Below are positions 1 to 12,800 of a DNA stretch of 64,000 bases, in pieces; position 1 is the first letter of the stretch, and each line of letters starts with the position of its first letter. A program made the translations under genes and the position numbers. Location: contig CM060731.1 of the NCBI GenBank assembly GCA_030704615.1, positions 60,884,001 through 60,948,000 on the forward strand, in the 5' to 3' direction. Below the pieces are notes generated by a model. The model was not told where the DNA came from and did not search any database. It was given only the letters and a program-made list of their open reading frames with translations. This DNA comes from Takakia lepidozioides. Its lineage: Eukaryota > Plantae > Bryophyta.

Positions 1-610
1 TTTTTTAGATCCGCTCATGGAAATAAGTGACCGTGCAACGGGAAATCCAGCATACCACTGCAAAAGGACGTCGCATACTGGCCTGTATAGAGTATTCCGC
101 GGTTTTACATGCCGTAACATTGGAATGAAGCTGACCCTTTTGCCGCGATTGAACCAATGGAGTCTGCACCAATACAGTCTGCAGTACTTCACAATTCTGT
201 CTTCTTCGGGTATTCGGCGGGAAAGGTTTGCAACTGAACTGGGAAATATGGTGCCGCATTAGGGTTGGCACGTGCGAAATTTCGGAGCGGTTTGGTGTTG
301 GCGAAGGCCGCCTCTACCAGTACCTACGACGATACTTGGAAATGCGGCGCCGCATTTCCTTGTCGGAGGTCGAATGAGGAAAACAAGTTTTCGGAAAGCA
401 GAAAAACATGAACCCTCCAACATACAAAAATACATGCACGTGGAAACAAGTGAACGATATAGTAATATCTTAGTTCGAGCAAAACAGGTTACTGGTAGGC
501 AAGACATATGTCGGACCTTTCTGTGGCCAGAGTCTGAGGTACTGGCAGCAGTACAGTTCTACTATCCGAAAAGGATGGGCGTACCATTGTATGGGGACCG
601 CAAGCCAAGC

Positions 611-3600
611 TCACTGGTCCCCTGGATCCATATTCAGAAGAGTGTGAACCTCCTGGGGGCTCAACCTTGGTGCATGTATGAAGTGATGAGTTGTGGAATT
701 ACAACGGTGTCTTTTTAGGTACACGTAGTACAAATGCTTGCAAGGGCAGTATGATGCCCCCTTGTTCGCCATGATCTGGAAGTCGGTGCAATTGCAGGTG
801 GGTAATTCTGAAATGGTGATGGTGTACACCTCATTGCGAACAGCTGAGCCCGCCGTGGCCATCTGATACACACGCCCGAATCCTGGTGGGGGCACTTCTG
901 TCGAGCTCTGGATTGTACAGTTCATCCGAAGTGCATTCCCCATCCTTGTCTCGTTCACTTTTGAGGGAGGTCGCCGCCTCTTCGGTTTCCCCCAACGGTG
1001 TGTAGGATGCTTAGAGCTGTCGTGTCCCATTGTTCTTGCTCTCACAGGGGTCGGTGGTGGAGGCTGTGGAAGCGGAAATGGTTATCTGGGGACGTCAGTG
1101 CGCTGCACCATCCGAAATCCTGCGGCGGTAAGGGCGTCGGCCTCAACCTGACTCAGATCGCAGCTTGGTTCCACCGGCCACACCGGGGGAGCCTCTGGCA
1201 TTGTTTGTATGCCGTACTTGGGCTTTCCATACACGCAAGTCATAATGTCGTGCCTGCAGAACCAGAACTGGGTGGTTGTCGCCTCCGCAAATTTTGCATG
1301 GACAAATCTTCCTGTAAAAGTAGGAGCAGGGACAGCCCCATCTGGATTCCTCCTTATCATCTCTAAACAACGTTGCCGTGTATCCACACGAATTGCGGAA
1401 CACCTTCCTCGAAACGACGGCTTTGTGCGAGCAATTCTCCACTGTGATGCAAACACAGTCGTCTCCACAATGGCTTGGCCATACTGCATAACAGCGGGCG
1501 GAATCTGGGGCAAGGGAGCGGTGGGAATTTTTTGCACGAAATCCCCGGTTGAAGGCGACGGCGATCTGGAATTTCTTGGGCTTCCACTGCTGGAAGACAC
1601 ATTGTGCGGCAACATGACGGGACCTCGAGGTGCTGTCCGAATGTTCCTGTCGGATCTCCAGGAATCCTCTTCGCACCCGGGTTCCTCTTCAATCCTCCGC
1701 CTGACAGGGCGAGTCCGGACGTCCCCCTCTAGGTGTTCACCTCTGCGGTGCAGAGGCGTCCCTTTGATCTTCTCTCGCAATGCTGTCGCCCATTTCACTG
1801 GATTCTTGGACCTCGAAGCTGTTCGTACCAACAATTCCTCCCTGTCCGGCCCAAAGCCCCATTGTTTGCCGCTCAGGAACTTGTAGTACGTGGCTTGCTG
1901 CATGATTGCTCTGTCGATGTCCTCCGTTGTGGCCGTCACTACGTCCACCAGATGTGCGGCAGAAGACGCTCGCCAGGAGGAGTGGACCGATTCTGCCATA
2001 TTCGTGTTCGGCATGTCCGTGTCGGAATCCAAGCACCGCTCCTAGAAGGACACAAACAATGGTGAGGGACCAATCGAAATGTCCGTAACAGAAAGACAAA
2101 TGAACGAAATTGACAGCAGCCTACCTCCCGCATGTACTGTCCGAACTGTCGATACCGAAAATGCCACCACCCCAACCAGCTGTGCAATGCTCCCAGATTG
2201 GTTGTCTCCACTGCACCTGACGTGTTCCACCAAGCCTCGATGATAGCAAACTTAACCTCCGCGTCATCAAATGTGGGTGCATCCTTCCACGCCGTACAAA
2301 GGACACGGTGTTTAGCCTGGAATGAGCTAGCAACAAATTGGTAGTGTAGTGGGATAGACTCTGCATCCAATGGAATCCACATGATCTCTCTTTCCCCTCC
2401 ATTGGAACATTGGGGTCCTCACCGTACACACGCCGCACCGCTGCCCAGTTGGCCTGAGCGTTGTCTGCCATGAATCCCCTGAAATTGGGCTCTGGCAATC
2501 CCGCCCTTGCCATCTGCTTGTTTATGCCCTCCCACAGATGCATCTCGGACTGTGTGTCCTCCCCTTTCATCTCGCAGATTGCAATCGTCATGAGCCTCTT
2601 GGAGTGATAGTCATAAACATGCGCACCCATAGTCACCCACTGATGGTTTGTAATTCGCTTGATGTGATCAAACATCACCCAAGCATTCGACAAGTTTCCA
2701 GTTGTCATGCGAGTGACCAAGTCGACTCCACTCCCAGGCCCACACGTCGACATTTTGAAAATGTAACAACGATCGGATTCGCTGCCTTGCCCTGGAAACC
2801 TGCTACCTTGGATGTAGTCATATCCAGTCATTCGTTTCACCTCCAGGATTGAGTACATGTCCGACCCCCTGCCGAACTCCTGCTTGCAAGATACGATGTG
2901 ATTCCGCACATTCGGACTACAAACGTGCGAGACGGACTCCAAGAGGTCACGCATCTCGTCTTCGGTCAAGGGCTCTCGGTCGGAACCATCTTCAGACATG
3001 ATTTTGCCAAGAGCAATCTTGTGGGCTGCCTTCAGCTGAATCTGCTTTGGTCTGGCTCCGGGGCTCAATTTCACCTCCTCTTTTATGATGTCGTGTGCTT
3101 CCTGCACAGCCTCACGCATGTTGCCTCTCGCCAAGGGGTGGCAGTGGACCCCAACGTGTATGCAAGCTCTAGTCAAGTCCGGGAGCAAATGGATTACGTA
3201 ATATTGCTTGGCTCTGCACATGGACATGCACGTCGGTGGTTCTTTGCAATGTGCACACTTGAAAGAACCCGCAGGAGCTTGGCTGGAGACAATGAATGGA
3301 TGATGCGTTGTGCCAGTCCAATCCGTCTCGTTTCTCCGCCCTCCTTTGGAGAGAAAGTGGAAGCAGGTGGGATTGAGGCACCTCAGCTTCCCCGCACAGA
3401 GGACATATCGTACACGAACACCATCAGCAATTTTCGTGCTACTGGTCTTCGTCACACACCAGGGGTGTCCGTCATGCTTTCGATCCATGTCTGTTAACAT
3501 CCCGGAGGCTTTGTTTGACGAAGAAACAGGTGGAAACTCGAAGATGACATTGCCATCGACTTCGGGAGGCAGAAACGTTACCTTTCTGACTGGGAATTTG

Positions 3601-4217
3601 GCATAGTCGAGAGCAGCCAGCTCGGAGCGAGAACCATCGAGGTGATGTTGTCGTAGGAGCTGCACAATGGACCGGGTTGGAGTTATGCTCGAGGGCACAT
3701 TCGTAGCACCGACAGAGACGTCCATGCCGGATTTGAACGACCGTGTGGAGGACATGGGTACCTCAATGCAATCATCTTCCTCGTCGGAAATGTCGAATAC
3801 GTCCACACGAGAAGCTATGGAGGGTCTTGACGGTCCAGGTCGGGAATGATTATCGTTGCATACCTCTCTGTTGGCAGTGGCCGCCTCTCGGTTTCCGGAC
3901 TCCTTTGTGGATGGTGTGGGCAGCGACTGATTCGGAAAGGGAATGGGCATTTCCACAGCTCGGTACAGGATGGTGTCTGACGGGGGAACGTGCCATTCGA
4001 TTCCGCAACCTCCGTCGTTACCTAGCACGACAATGGTCTCGTCAACCTGTCCAGGAACATCCTTCCTTTCTTCTTCCAAATAAACTGTGCCCGGTTTGAG
4101 CTTGAATTTGGAACAAAGGTAAGTTTCAGTCACTCTGCAAAGTCCTCCCTCGTTTGGGATCCAGGCTCTCCCAAGTTGCGGAGGACAGCAAACTATAGCG
4201 TAGGAATTCGGAGCCAT
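611..4217 (-). pseudogene. MULE transposase: GCM-like Zn DNA-binding domain + DDE + SWIM; 2 exons; one frameshift and one in-frame stop
   Basis: Motifs: DGHPW..CAGKLRC..CAHC..C..HVGVHCHP (GCM/WRKY-like); WVMFDH, FMADNAQA, CGFH, TNMAESVH (MULE D-D-CxxH-E); CNCTDF..CKH (SWIM). GT-AG intron 2042-2124 at the same site as in copies B and C. 1-bp frameshift ~2335; TAA at 1082-1084. Start MAPNS (4217) aligns with MAENS of copy B. Confidence 0.9.
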
Positions 4218-4643
4218 CGAACACCGCACGGAGTTGGCAAGTGCGAGGTTCAGTATAGCGACAGACCAAGGCTCACAGGCACCATCTAAGTGGATCTGCG
4301 GAGTCCATCGACGATTGGAAGTCGCACATTGAAGTGGAAAGTATTGTTTCAAGCTACATGCATGAAGGTGGGAGGTTTGATTCCATAGCCAGTAAGTATG
4401 ACAATGATGGCCGATTCGGCGACGAAATAACATCTCCTGACAGTTTCTCCTGAGGGTGGATCCAGCAGTATTCTCGGTGCAGACAGGAACGTTCGCACTG
4501 ACAAGTGCCAGGACTGTTGGTTAAAACGGTCAGACAACCAAGTTGTGCTCATCAAGACTGGCCGCAATGTTGTTTCGGAACAATGCAACCCATTCAGGTT
4601 CCAGATTTCCCGTCCCGAGTGATTCTTTCGATTGCTGGTGGAC

Positions 4644-6490
4644 GGAAATACGGCGCCGCATTTCCGTTTTGCTTCTTGGTCATGCACCAGAGCGACGGAA
4701 ATGCGGCACCGAGTTTCCGTCCGGGGGAACCTTTATACTCTCCAGAACGGAAATGCGGTAACGCATTTCCATCCAGCAAGCACGGTATGTGAAGGTGGAA
4801 CGGAAATGCGGTACCGCATTTCCGTTCTGATTGAGAATTATGAACAACGGGAACAGAAATGCGGCACCGCATTTCCGTCCGAGTCGCACTTTTCCGACAT
4901 TCCAGAACGGAAATGCGGCGCCGCATTTCCATTTTGTATCTGATGCATGGAGCTGAGGGATAGAAATGCTTGCAGCACATTTCCGTCCTTAAAAACATTC
5001 ATACTCTCCATAACGGAAATGCGGTACCGCATTTCCATCCACCAAGCACGGTATGTGAAGGTGGAACGGAAATGCGGTACCGCATTTCCGTTCTGATTGA
5101 GAATTATGAACAACGGGAACAGAAATGCGGCACCGCATTTCTGTCCGAGTCGCACTTTCCGACATTCCAGAACGGAAATGCGGCGCCGCATTTCCATTTT
5201 GTATCTGATGCATGGAGCCGAGTGCGATTCCGACAGCTTCATACAGCGCAATTCCGACCGCTTGAGACATTCATACTATCCAGAACGGAAATGCGGTACC
5301 GCATTTCCGTTCTGATTGAGAATTATGAACAACGGAACTGAAATGCGGCACCGCATTTCTGTCCGAGTCGCACTTTCGACATTCCAGAACGGAAATGCGG
5401 CGCCGCATTTCCATTTTGTATCTGATGCATGGAGCCGAGTGCGATTCCGACAGCTTCATACAGCGCAATTCCGACCGCTTGAGACATTCATACTATCCAG
5501 AACGGAAATGCGGTACCGCATTTCCGTTCTGACTGAAAATCGTGAACCATCGGAACTGAAATGCGGCAGCGCATTTTCATCCGAGTCGCACCTCCCAACA
5601 TTCCAGAACGGAAATGCGGCACCGCATTTCCGTTCTGATGAAATATCCTGAAACATCGGAACTGAAATGCGGTACCGCATTTCCGTCGGAGTCGCACCTT
5701 CCGACATTCCAAAACGGAAATGCGGCGCCGCATTTCCGTTTTGTATGTGAGGCATGGAGCTGTGGAACGAAAATGCGGCACAGCATTTCCGCCAGCGTCA
5801 GACGTTAATACTCTACAGAACGGAAATGCGGTACCGCATTTCCGTTCTGACTGAAAATCGTGCGCAACGGGAACAGAAATGCGGCACCGCATTTCCGTCC
5901 GAGTCGCACCTTCCGACATTCTAGAACGGAAATGCGGCGCCGCATTTCCGTTTTCTATATGGGGCCTGGAGCTGTGCTACGGAAATGTGTTGCCGCATTT
6001 CCATCCATGTGAGACCTTCAACTTTCGAGACCGGAAATGCGGCACCGCATTTCTGTCCAGGTGAGACCTCTATACTTTCCCGAACGGAAATGTGGCACGG
6101 CATTTCCATTCATCAACTAACGTATGTGAAGGGGGAACGGAAATGCGGTACCGCATTTCCGTTCACATTGAAAATCATGAACCACGGGAACTGAAATGTT
6201 GTGCCTCATTCCCGTCCGAATCGCACCTTTCGACATTCCAGAACGGAAATGCGGCGCCGCATTTCCCTTTTGTATCTCATACATGGAGCTGTGGGACGGA
6301 AATGCGGCACCGTATTTCCGTTCAACAACTAAGGTATGTGAAGGTGGAACGGAAATGCGGTGCCGCATTTTCTTCCAACAAGTACGGATGTGTAGCTTCG
6401 TGATGGTACTTAACGGAAATGCGGCGCCGCATTCGCATTTTGCTCCAACTCATCAGACGCTGGGACGGAAATGCCTTGAAATGTGAACAC
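4644..6490. repeat. Array of ~32 palindromes GGAAATGCGGYRCCGCATTTCC at ~53-bp period, with a few recurring spacer types
   Basis: Site starts at 4644, 4697, 4749, 4802, 4855, 4909, 4962, 5015, 5068, 5121, 5174 ... 5504-6351 in 52-54-bp steps. Higher-order repeats of ~266 and 217 bp. Confidence 0.95.
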
Positions 6491-6870
6491 GTGGAGCAAC
6501 GGAATTGCTGCACATGTCGGCACTCTATCTGACTGAAGGGCATGAGGCGGCGCGGCCTGACCGTTGGATAATGATGTTTGTTTTTCGGACGGCAGGCGTA
6601 CCCTGAACGATTCGAATTTCGTAATGACGCAAAGTCCACGAGGAGACACTTTCGTCCAACCCTTTCGAACCCAAGTGGTGCATCACCGCCGTTTCATCTA
6701 CTTTTGTCGTGTCTCCTCAGTCACCCCTCTCGCGCCCTTTCCATCTGCACTCTTTGCCCCTTTTCCCTCTCTCTGTTCTTCTTATGCTCGAACCTGAGAG
6801 GGGGGGAGTTCGTGCACCAGACAGGAGACCTCGTCGCAAGCTCCGGAAATTATACTTCGGACGTAGGCCA

Positions 6871-9800
6871 ATGCCGAAGGGGAGGAAGCAGATGCGTCTA
6901 CAGGAGGAGATTGCCATCTCCGAGCAGCAGGCCACTCAGGCAACCCAGCCACCAGTGAGAGCTCCATGCGATCGGGCTGCGCGCAGCTGATCGAGCACCG
7001 AACCCCCCATTTTGCTTCTGTAATTCTTAGACTGAATGCTAGGAGACTTGAATGCAGAACATGTTTGCATGCCTAACAGGAAAGGTGGACGTGCTGGAGG
7101 GATCGCAGGAATCCGAAGAGCCGCAGGAAGAGTCCGAGGAGCTAGCTGCAGCACGTACACCCACCCGATCCCCGAGCGCGGGTATTCCTGCCGGGCCTAG
7201 CCCTGTGCGATTCAAAGACGCGTCTTCGAAGGGCAAGTTCAAAGCCCCAGAGATCGACTCGCGTTCTTCGGTCATGGAGAATCGCCAGCAGGGGTCGGGC
7301 CCTTCTCCAGCAAAGTCGAAGAAGAAGCAGCCCGTCCCTCTACTGGCTTCTGAACCGGCTCAGGCCGATTCACCCCCCCCAACGCGAATGAAGCAGCAGG
7401 GTAAAAGACAGATTCAATTGCAGCAGACACCTTCACCTGCAAGGATGAGGAAGCAGAAGGCAATCAGGGCGACGGCCGAACAATCTCCCGCAAAACCGCT
7501 TCCACGAGCTGAAGCTCAGTTCCTGGAGGATTTCCCGCCTGCAGATGTTGGGGCCGACTCTGCTGCAGCGAAGGCAATGGGATCGACCGTTGATCTCGAT
7601 TTGGTACCGGAGGAGGGTGCTGCCGCTCAACGTTCGCAGCAAGACCTCACCACCGATGAGCAAGCAGGCCCGGAGGAGGCCTCTGCAATGGCAGAATTGC
7701 CCGCAGACAGGCCCCAGAGTGCAGCTCCAGTTGAGGATGCTCCAGCTGCTCAGCCACTACCGGCACCTACAGACATGTCTCCGGAGGATTTCAAAAGTGC
7801 AGCGGATAAAATGTTGGAGGAGACACACAGTAGCATTGGCAGAGTTCTGGGCAGCAGGGTATTCCAGCGGACTCTTCGAATCCCACTCTGTCGCATGGTC
7901 TCCCTTCCCATCGTCAGGCAGGCCCTTCCCGGAGATGTGGATAAGCTCAAGTTCGCATTTCGAGAAGGGTACCGTCTGGGATCGGCAGCGTTTTACGTTT
8001 CCATTGAGAATGAGGACGGCGAAACTCGTGGACCCACTGCCGATGAATTGTCAACGTGGGATACCCACTGGCACACTCGCAACGACGAATTCGAGGCGAC
8101 GCTGAAGGGTGATCCAGACTTCGGCCATATGTCGGGTAAAATGTTCTTTGTGTGGGACGGGAATCACCGACTTCTCGCCTGGTGGGAGTACATCAAGCAG
8201 AACCATGCCAAGCACATTGGCTGGCATTACATGGTGGAGTGTGTCATCCTGAAGGTGAAGGCGGCAGACTCCTCCCTGCTCAAGAATGCCATGGCGGACC
8301 TCAACTCGTAAGATACTCATACCCTTCCTAGCACGTTCGAAATGCGGTGCCGCATTTCGGTTTCCATTCTGGTTTGTTTCCGTGCTTCCGTGTACTGAAC
8401 TGGAGAGTGTGCCTTGCAGGGTCACTGAGAATGCGTACGTGCATACCCACATGGCACATATGCTGTACAGGGTGAGGAAAACTGGTCTCACTGATCCGCA
8501 GATGTTTGCGGAAATGCTGGAGCCCGAGCTCATTCAGAAAGCCGTTGCAAAAACAGACCGGACATGGTATCGTCTCACTATGGATGGAATGGTGGAGGTG
8601 ATATACGAAGTAAGTCGTCCTCCAATTTCCCTCTGCTCATCCTTCCCCAATTTTCAGTAATGTTTCCACATGAATCGAATGTAACGCTTCTGCATGTTTT
8701 TGTTGGCAGTCAAACATCAAGCTGGATTTGGCCCATGCCAAACGCTTCTTCATGGAAAGTGAGGGGCAGGTGAAAACGTTGCAGTCATTGACTGAGCACT
8801 TGAAGGAAGCCGGTGTCAAGTCCAGAACCAAATACAAGTCAAAGCTTGTGAAGCTGGTGGCAATTGCAGATCCGGCACTTGGAAAGGACTTCATCCCCGA
8901 GATTGCAAAACACTATTCTCGGGCCATGCAGCCGACCATGCAATTGGAGAAACTGCATCACCTCTCAACGGCATGTGTTGAGGCGAAAGAAAGGTGAGGT
9001 TTCAATGCACTGAAGTTCCTTCCTAGCAATAGCCACTCTCTTCCAGCTCCTGACATTGGATCGGAAATGGCAGACACGGTGGCTGTCGATCTGGAATGCA
9101 TCCGAGAGCATAAGGACAATGTGGTCTTTTCCACTAGAAGTTTCCGACCCTGCAGTGGATGTGTGGCTCAACCGCATGACTTGGTGGTTCCAGGTAATTC
9201 AAGGTACTTCCCCAGATTTGCTTTTCTGAAATGAATTCCCTGAACTGCTACGTGACAATGCATTTGGGAATCGCAGGTAATGTCGAATGCGAAGGAGCAA
9301 GTCGTAATGCACACAAATTCGTTCGGCTTGTACGTCAAATGGGATGGAACACAGACATTGGAAGACTACGTGACACGTTTCAGATGTGCGTACAAGGACA
9401 ACCTCTTCGCCAGAGAGCTACAGACAGCAAGAAGGAGCGTGGAGTTTACACATCAGGAGGGAGCGGGGAAAGCTGCAATGCGAATTGTTTACAGGTGAAG
9501 CACAGCTGCCCTTGTATGCGAAGCCTGGTTACGAGGTTTGTCTCGGAAATGCGGCACCGCATTCGCATTTTATGTTTTCGGTGGCACTCTGCCAGTAGGT
9601 TCGTCTCAATCTTATGCTCACGCATGCTGACTGCCTTGCAGGTATATGAAATACGTGCTCCTTCAGACAGGGGCCCTGGCTCAAGAGCCCCCGTTCTTCA
9701 TGGCTTGGACCGTGGCGGGCCCAAGCTGTGTCTACACACCCGAGATGCAGAAACAATGGCATCCCGCGCATCTCGTTGGATGCCCGTGGTACCTGGACAT

Positions 9801-11988
9801 GTCTGGCGGTATTGTTGACGAGTCTGAGAAAGATCTGCACGCCTTGGCAGAAGAGAAGAGAAGGAAAGACGTGTCCCTGCTGGGCCCAAGTCGGCAAAGG
9901 AATCTGCTGCTCTGGAAGAATCCAGAAAGGCAGCTGAGATGGCACAAAAGACGGTGGATGCATCTGTGCAGGCCCAACAGAAGGGTCGAAGAAGAGGACT
10001 CGCCAGCAAGAGCAGCTGTTGTGACACCCGCCAAACGAAGAAGCAGAAACAGCCTGTTCAGGAAGAGGGTGAGGAAGAGGACTCCGATGGAGACTTTGCA
10101 ACCAGCCACCCCCCCAAACGTAGGCTGCCTCCCCTGTGCCCACCGTGTCACGAGAGGCACGAGAACTGGCTCAGGCAAGAAGGCACTCTTCAACCCCCCA
10201 GGGGGGCACCCTTTCGAGCCGGTGGAAATGAAGAGGCCGAAGTGGCTCCCGAAACAGTAGTCCAGTGTGAAATGAGAGTTTCTTTCTTGCGCTTTGGATG
10301 GACGGGCAGCCAAGTTGGCATACATGAAGACCATGGAAGGGTCTGAAGGGCAAAGCACTGAGAGGGCGACTGCCGAAGAGCTTCAGACACCCCCAGATTT
10401 CAGAATATGGTCTCGTTCTTTGACAGGGTGTGGTGCAGACAAGGATTGTAGGAGTGGGCGGAAATGCCACCGAGTGGTCTTGCGATATGATCATCTGGAT
10501 ATCCGGACTGAGAGCCTGTGGAAGGACTGCAAGCTTTGCCATCTTGGAACAGGTACTCGGAGGACTTTTGGAAGAAAGGATTCGGGCTTGCCCGCATGGT
10601 GTTGGACGACAGAGGCTGTGTGGTTGTCCTGGCGAGCAGAGGAAAAAACACTCAGACAGGAATTGCGAAGTGGACCCGCAAGAGCGCCGTCCCGATTCTG
10701 AAAAAGAAGTGGACGTGCATCAACACACTGGGCCTTCGGTCGGAAGGGAAGAAGGTGATTACGACACTGGCACTCGTCCATTCATTTGCTTGGGTGTTTT
10801 CAAATGCGGTGCCGCCGGTTTCTAATCGTTCCCCCCTGTGTATGCAGACGAAGCAGTTCGATGCATACTGCTTTGTGAAGGAGAACTCCACCTTTGCTTT
10901 CCGGAAGGAGGGAGGAAAGGTTGACCCGAACTGCGACCCACTCGATTACGACGTTCTGTTCAACAACGTTCCCAAGGAACTTCTCCCTCATAGCCTCTCT
11001 TCAACGGAACCCTGCGGTACTCACGGACTCGGAGCCCTGCCTTCATTCAGACAATTATGGAGACATGCACAGACGTGGAGGGCACAGTGCTCGACCTCAT
11101 CTGTGGGACAGGTATGCAGAATCTTGATCTATGCTGTTCTGCAAATTCTCGTTAGGATGTAGTTCGCAACATCTGAAGCGCCATGTGGTAATGTGTGGAT
11201 GGCATTGTAACAGGTGCCTCAATGTGGGCTGGGCGGGTTTTCCGACCGGCACCTCTTTGCCTACGAGGAGGATTCATCCGTGTGGGGATCCCATCTGGAA
11301 GGGCTTGCAACGGAATGTTAAGGCTCCCGACAGAGCGGAAGTCTCCTCGGATTCGTCGGAGTCCGAGGAAGACACAGTGGACATTGATGCGGAGGAGAAC
11401 CCGGAATACGAGTGAGTGCAAACATTGTAAGTTTGCAAAGCCTTCTGGGTCATTTTTGTCAAACGAATTTCCCGACTGTGGTTCTCATTAGTCTCGTTGA
11501 TGATTGTCATGTGCAGGATTGCAGGGTCCGGGTCGAAACATGTAGGGCCTACACTTCCTGCCAGGAAGAATGTCCCGTTCTTTGCGAGGGCCGACTTCAT
11601 GACGAGCCCGGTGAGGGACTACTCCCTTCCTAGTTATGCAGCTAAACTCGCAAATACAGCGATTAGAAGAAGAAGTGAGAATCCCAGTAAAGTAGAGCAG
11701 ATTTTGGAGAGGGCTAGGGAGGACAGAAGGATAAGGAAAGAGTTGGCAGCAGCTCAGACAGGTAGACGGGTACGAAAGTACATATGTGATTCAGCGGATG
11801 AGAGCGACGCAGACAGGGAGGAAGACGACCCAACGGAGGTGAGATGGACAGTTCCGCAAGGGGAAGATGGGATTTTCGAAAGCTGGCCAACGAGCAGTCC
11901 GCTGGAGATGAGAAAGGCACTGAGGGGGTGGGAGGCGGAGCAGGACAGTCTAGAACAGGATGAGGGTTCGGATGATTTTCAAGATTAA
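6871..11988 (+). CDS. Multi-exon cargo gene: disordered N-terminus, ParB/Srx-like domain, helical region, beta-class N4C/N6A DNA methyltransferase-like domain, acidic tail (3' half has several 1-bp frameshifts)
   Basis: ATG 6871. Frame-consistent GT-AG introns 6955-7057, 8308-8419, 8610-8709, 9495-9641, 10755-10847, 11412-11516. FFVWDGNHRLLAW with DGNHR at 8156-8170. CDMI(L)DIPD ~10481, EDFWKKGFGLARMVLDDRGCVVV, PAFIQTIMETCTDVEGTVLDLICGTG ~11036-11112. Exon structure ~8990-9280 is unresolved. Confidence 0.72.
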
Positions 11989-12120
11989 TAGAATTTAATG
12001 AAGTCTGTAAATGTAAATTCTCTTCCAGAGTATATAAAGGAAATTCTGCCCGACATTCGTGACCCCTCTCCAGTGTGCATTCCAGCCACACAATCGCCCA
12101 AACCACGACGCTCCCAAAAT

Positions 12121-12800
12121 CAGAATGGGGCACCGCATTTCCAAAATTTTGGCAACTCTAAGAACCTCTTTGGAAATGCGGCACCGCATTTCCAAAACAG
12201 GGGAGGGACTAAATTTTCCATTTCAATGTTGGCATAGTAAAAAGTAATCGGCCGATTGGAAATGCGGTGCCGCATTTCCAAAATTTCCTTTGTCCACACG
12301 CCAGTTTTGGCTCTCCCGCTCATTGCATGGATGCCACCACGCTTACAGAGGTCGAACAAGGAGGTCGAACAAGGAGGTCGACGATGGCGGCGGAATTGAA
12401 AATGCGGTGCCGCATTTCCATATTGGGGATGGTCGTTGTTCGAACTGCAGGCCCATCATCAAAAATTGGCACCGCATTCCATTGTAAAAAAAAAGTCGAT
12501 GACGGACATGGAAATGCGGGCGCCGCATTTCCAGAACGGACATCGCAATTTGTCCATTTGCAGACCCTCTCAGGAAACGGAAATGCGGTAACGCATCCAA
12601 TCGCGCTGGTCGGAATGTCACACTTTTCGAAGTGTTGGACGGAAATGCGGCCACCGCATTCCCTTGTCCAAAAAAGAAGTTTCCATTGCCAAGCTGGAAA
12701 TGCGTCGCCGCATTTGCAATGCCAACCTCGTTGTCTGTCAATTTATAGACCCGTGTTGGTATTTCGTGTACCTGGACGGAAATGATTGCACCGCATTTCG
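12121..12800. repeat. Second, less regular cluster of GGAAATGCGG..CCGCATTTCC palindromes, running into the gap
   Basis: Sites near 12121, 12172, 12258, 12398, 12510, 12579, 12641, 12696 and 12778. Confidence 0.85.

Noticed and set aside
4644-6490. CRISPR-like geometry (palindromic repeat plus ~31-bp spacers)
   Set aside because: Spacers recur as higher-order repeats, there are no cas genes, and the context is a eukaryotic transposon.
4349-6650. Many overlapping ORFs with CGAAFPF/NGNAAPHF/EMRRRIS motifs (also 51486-53100)
   Set aside because: These are translations of the palindrome in all frames and on both strands.
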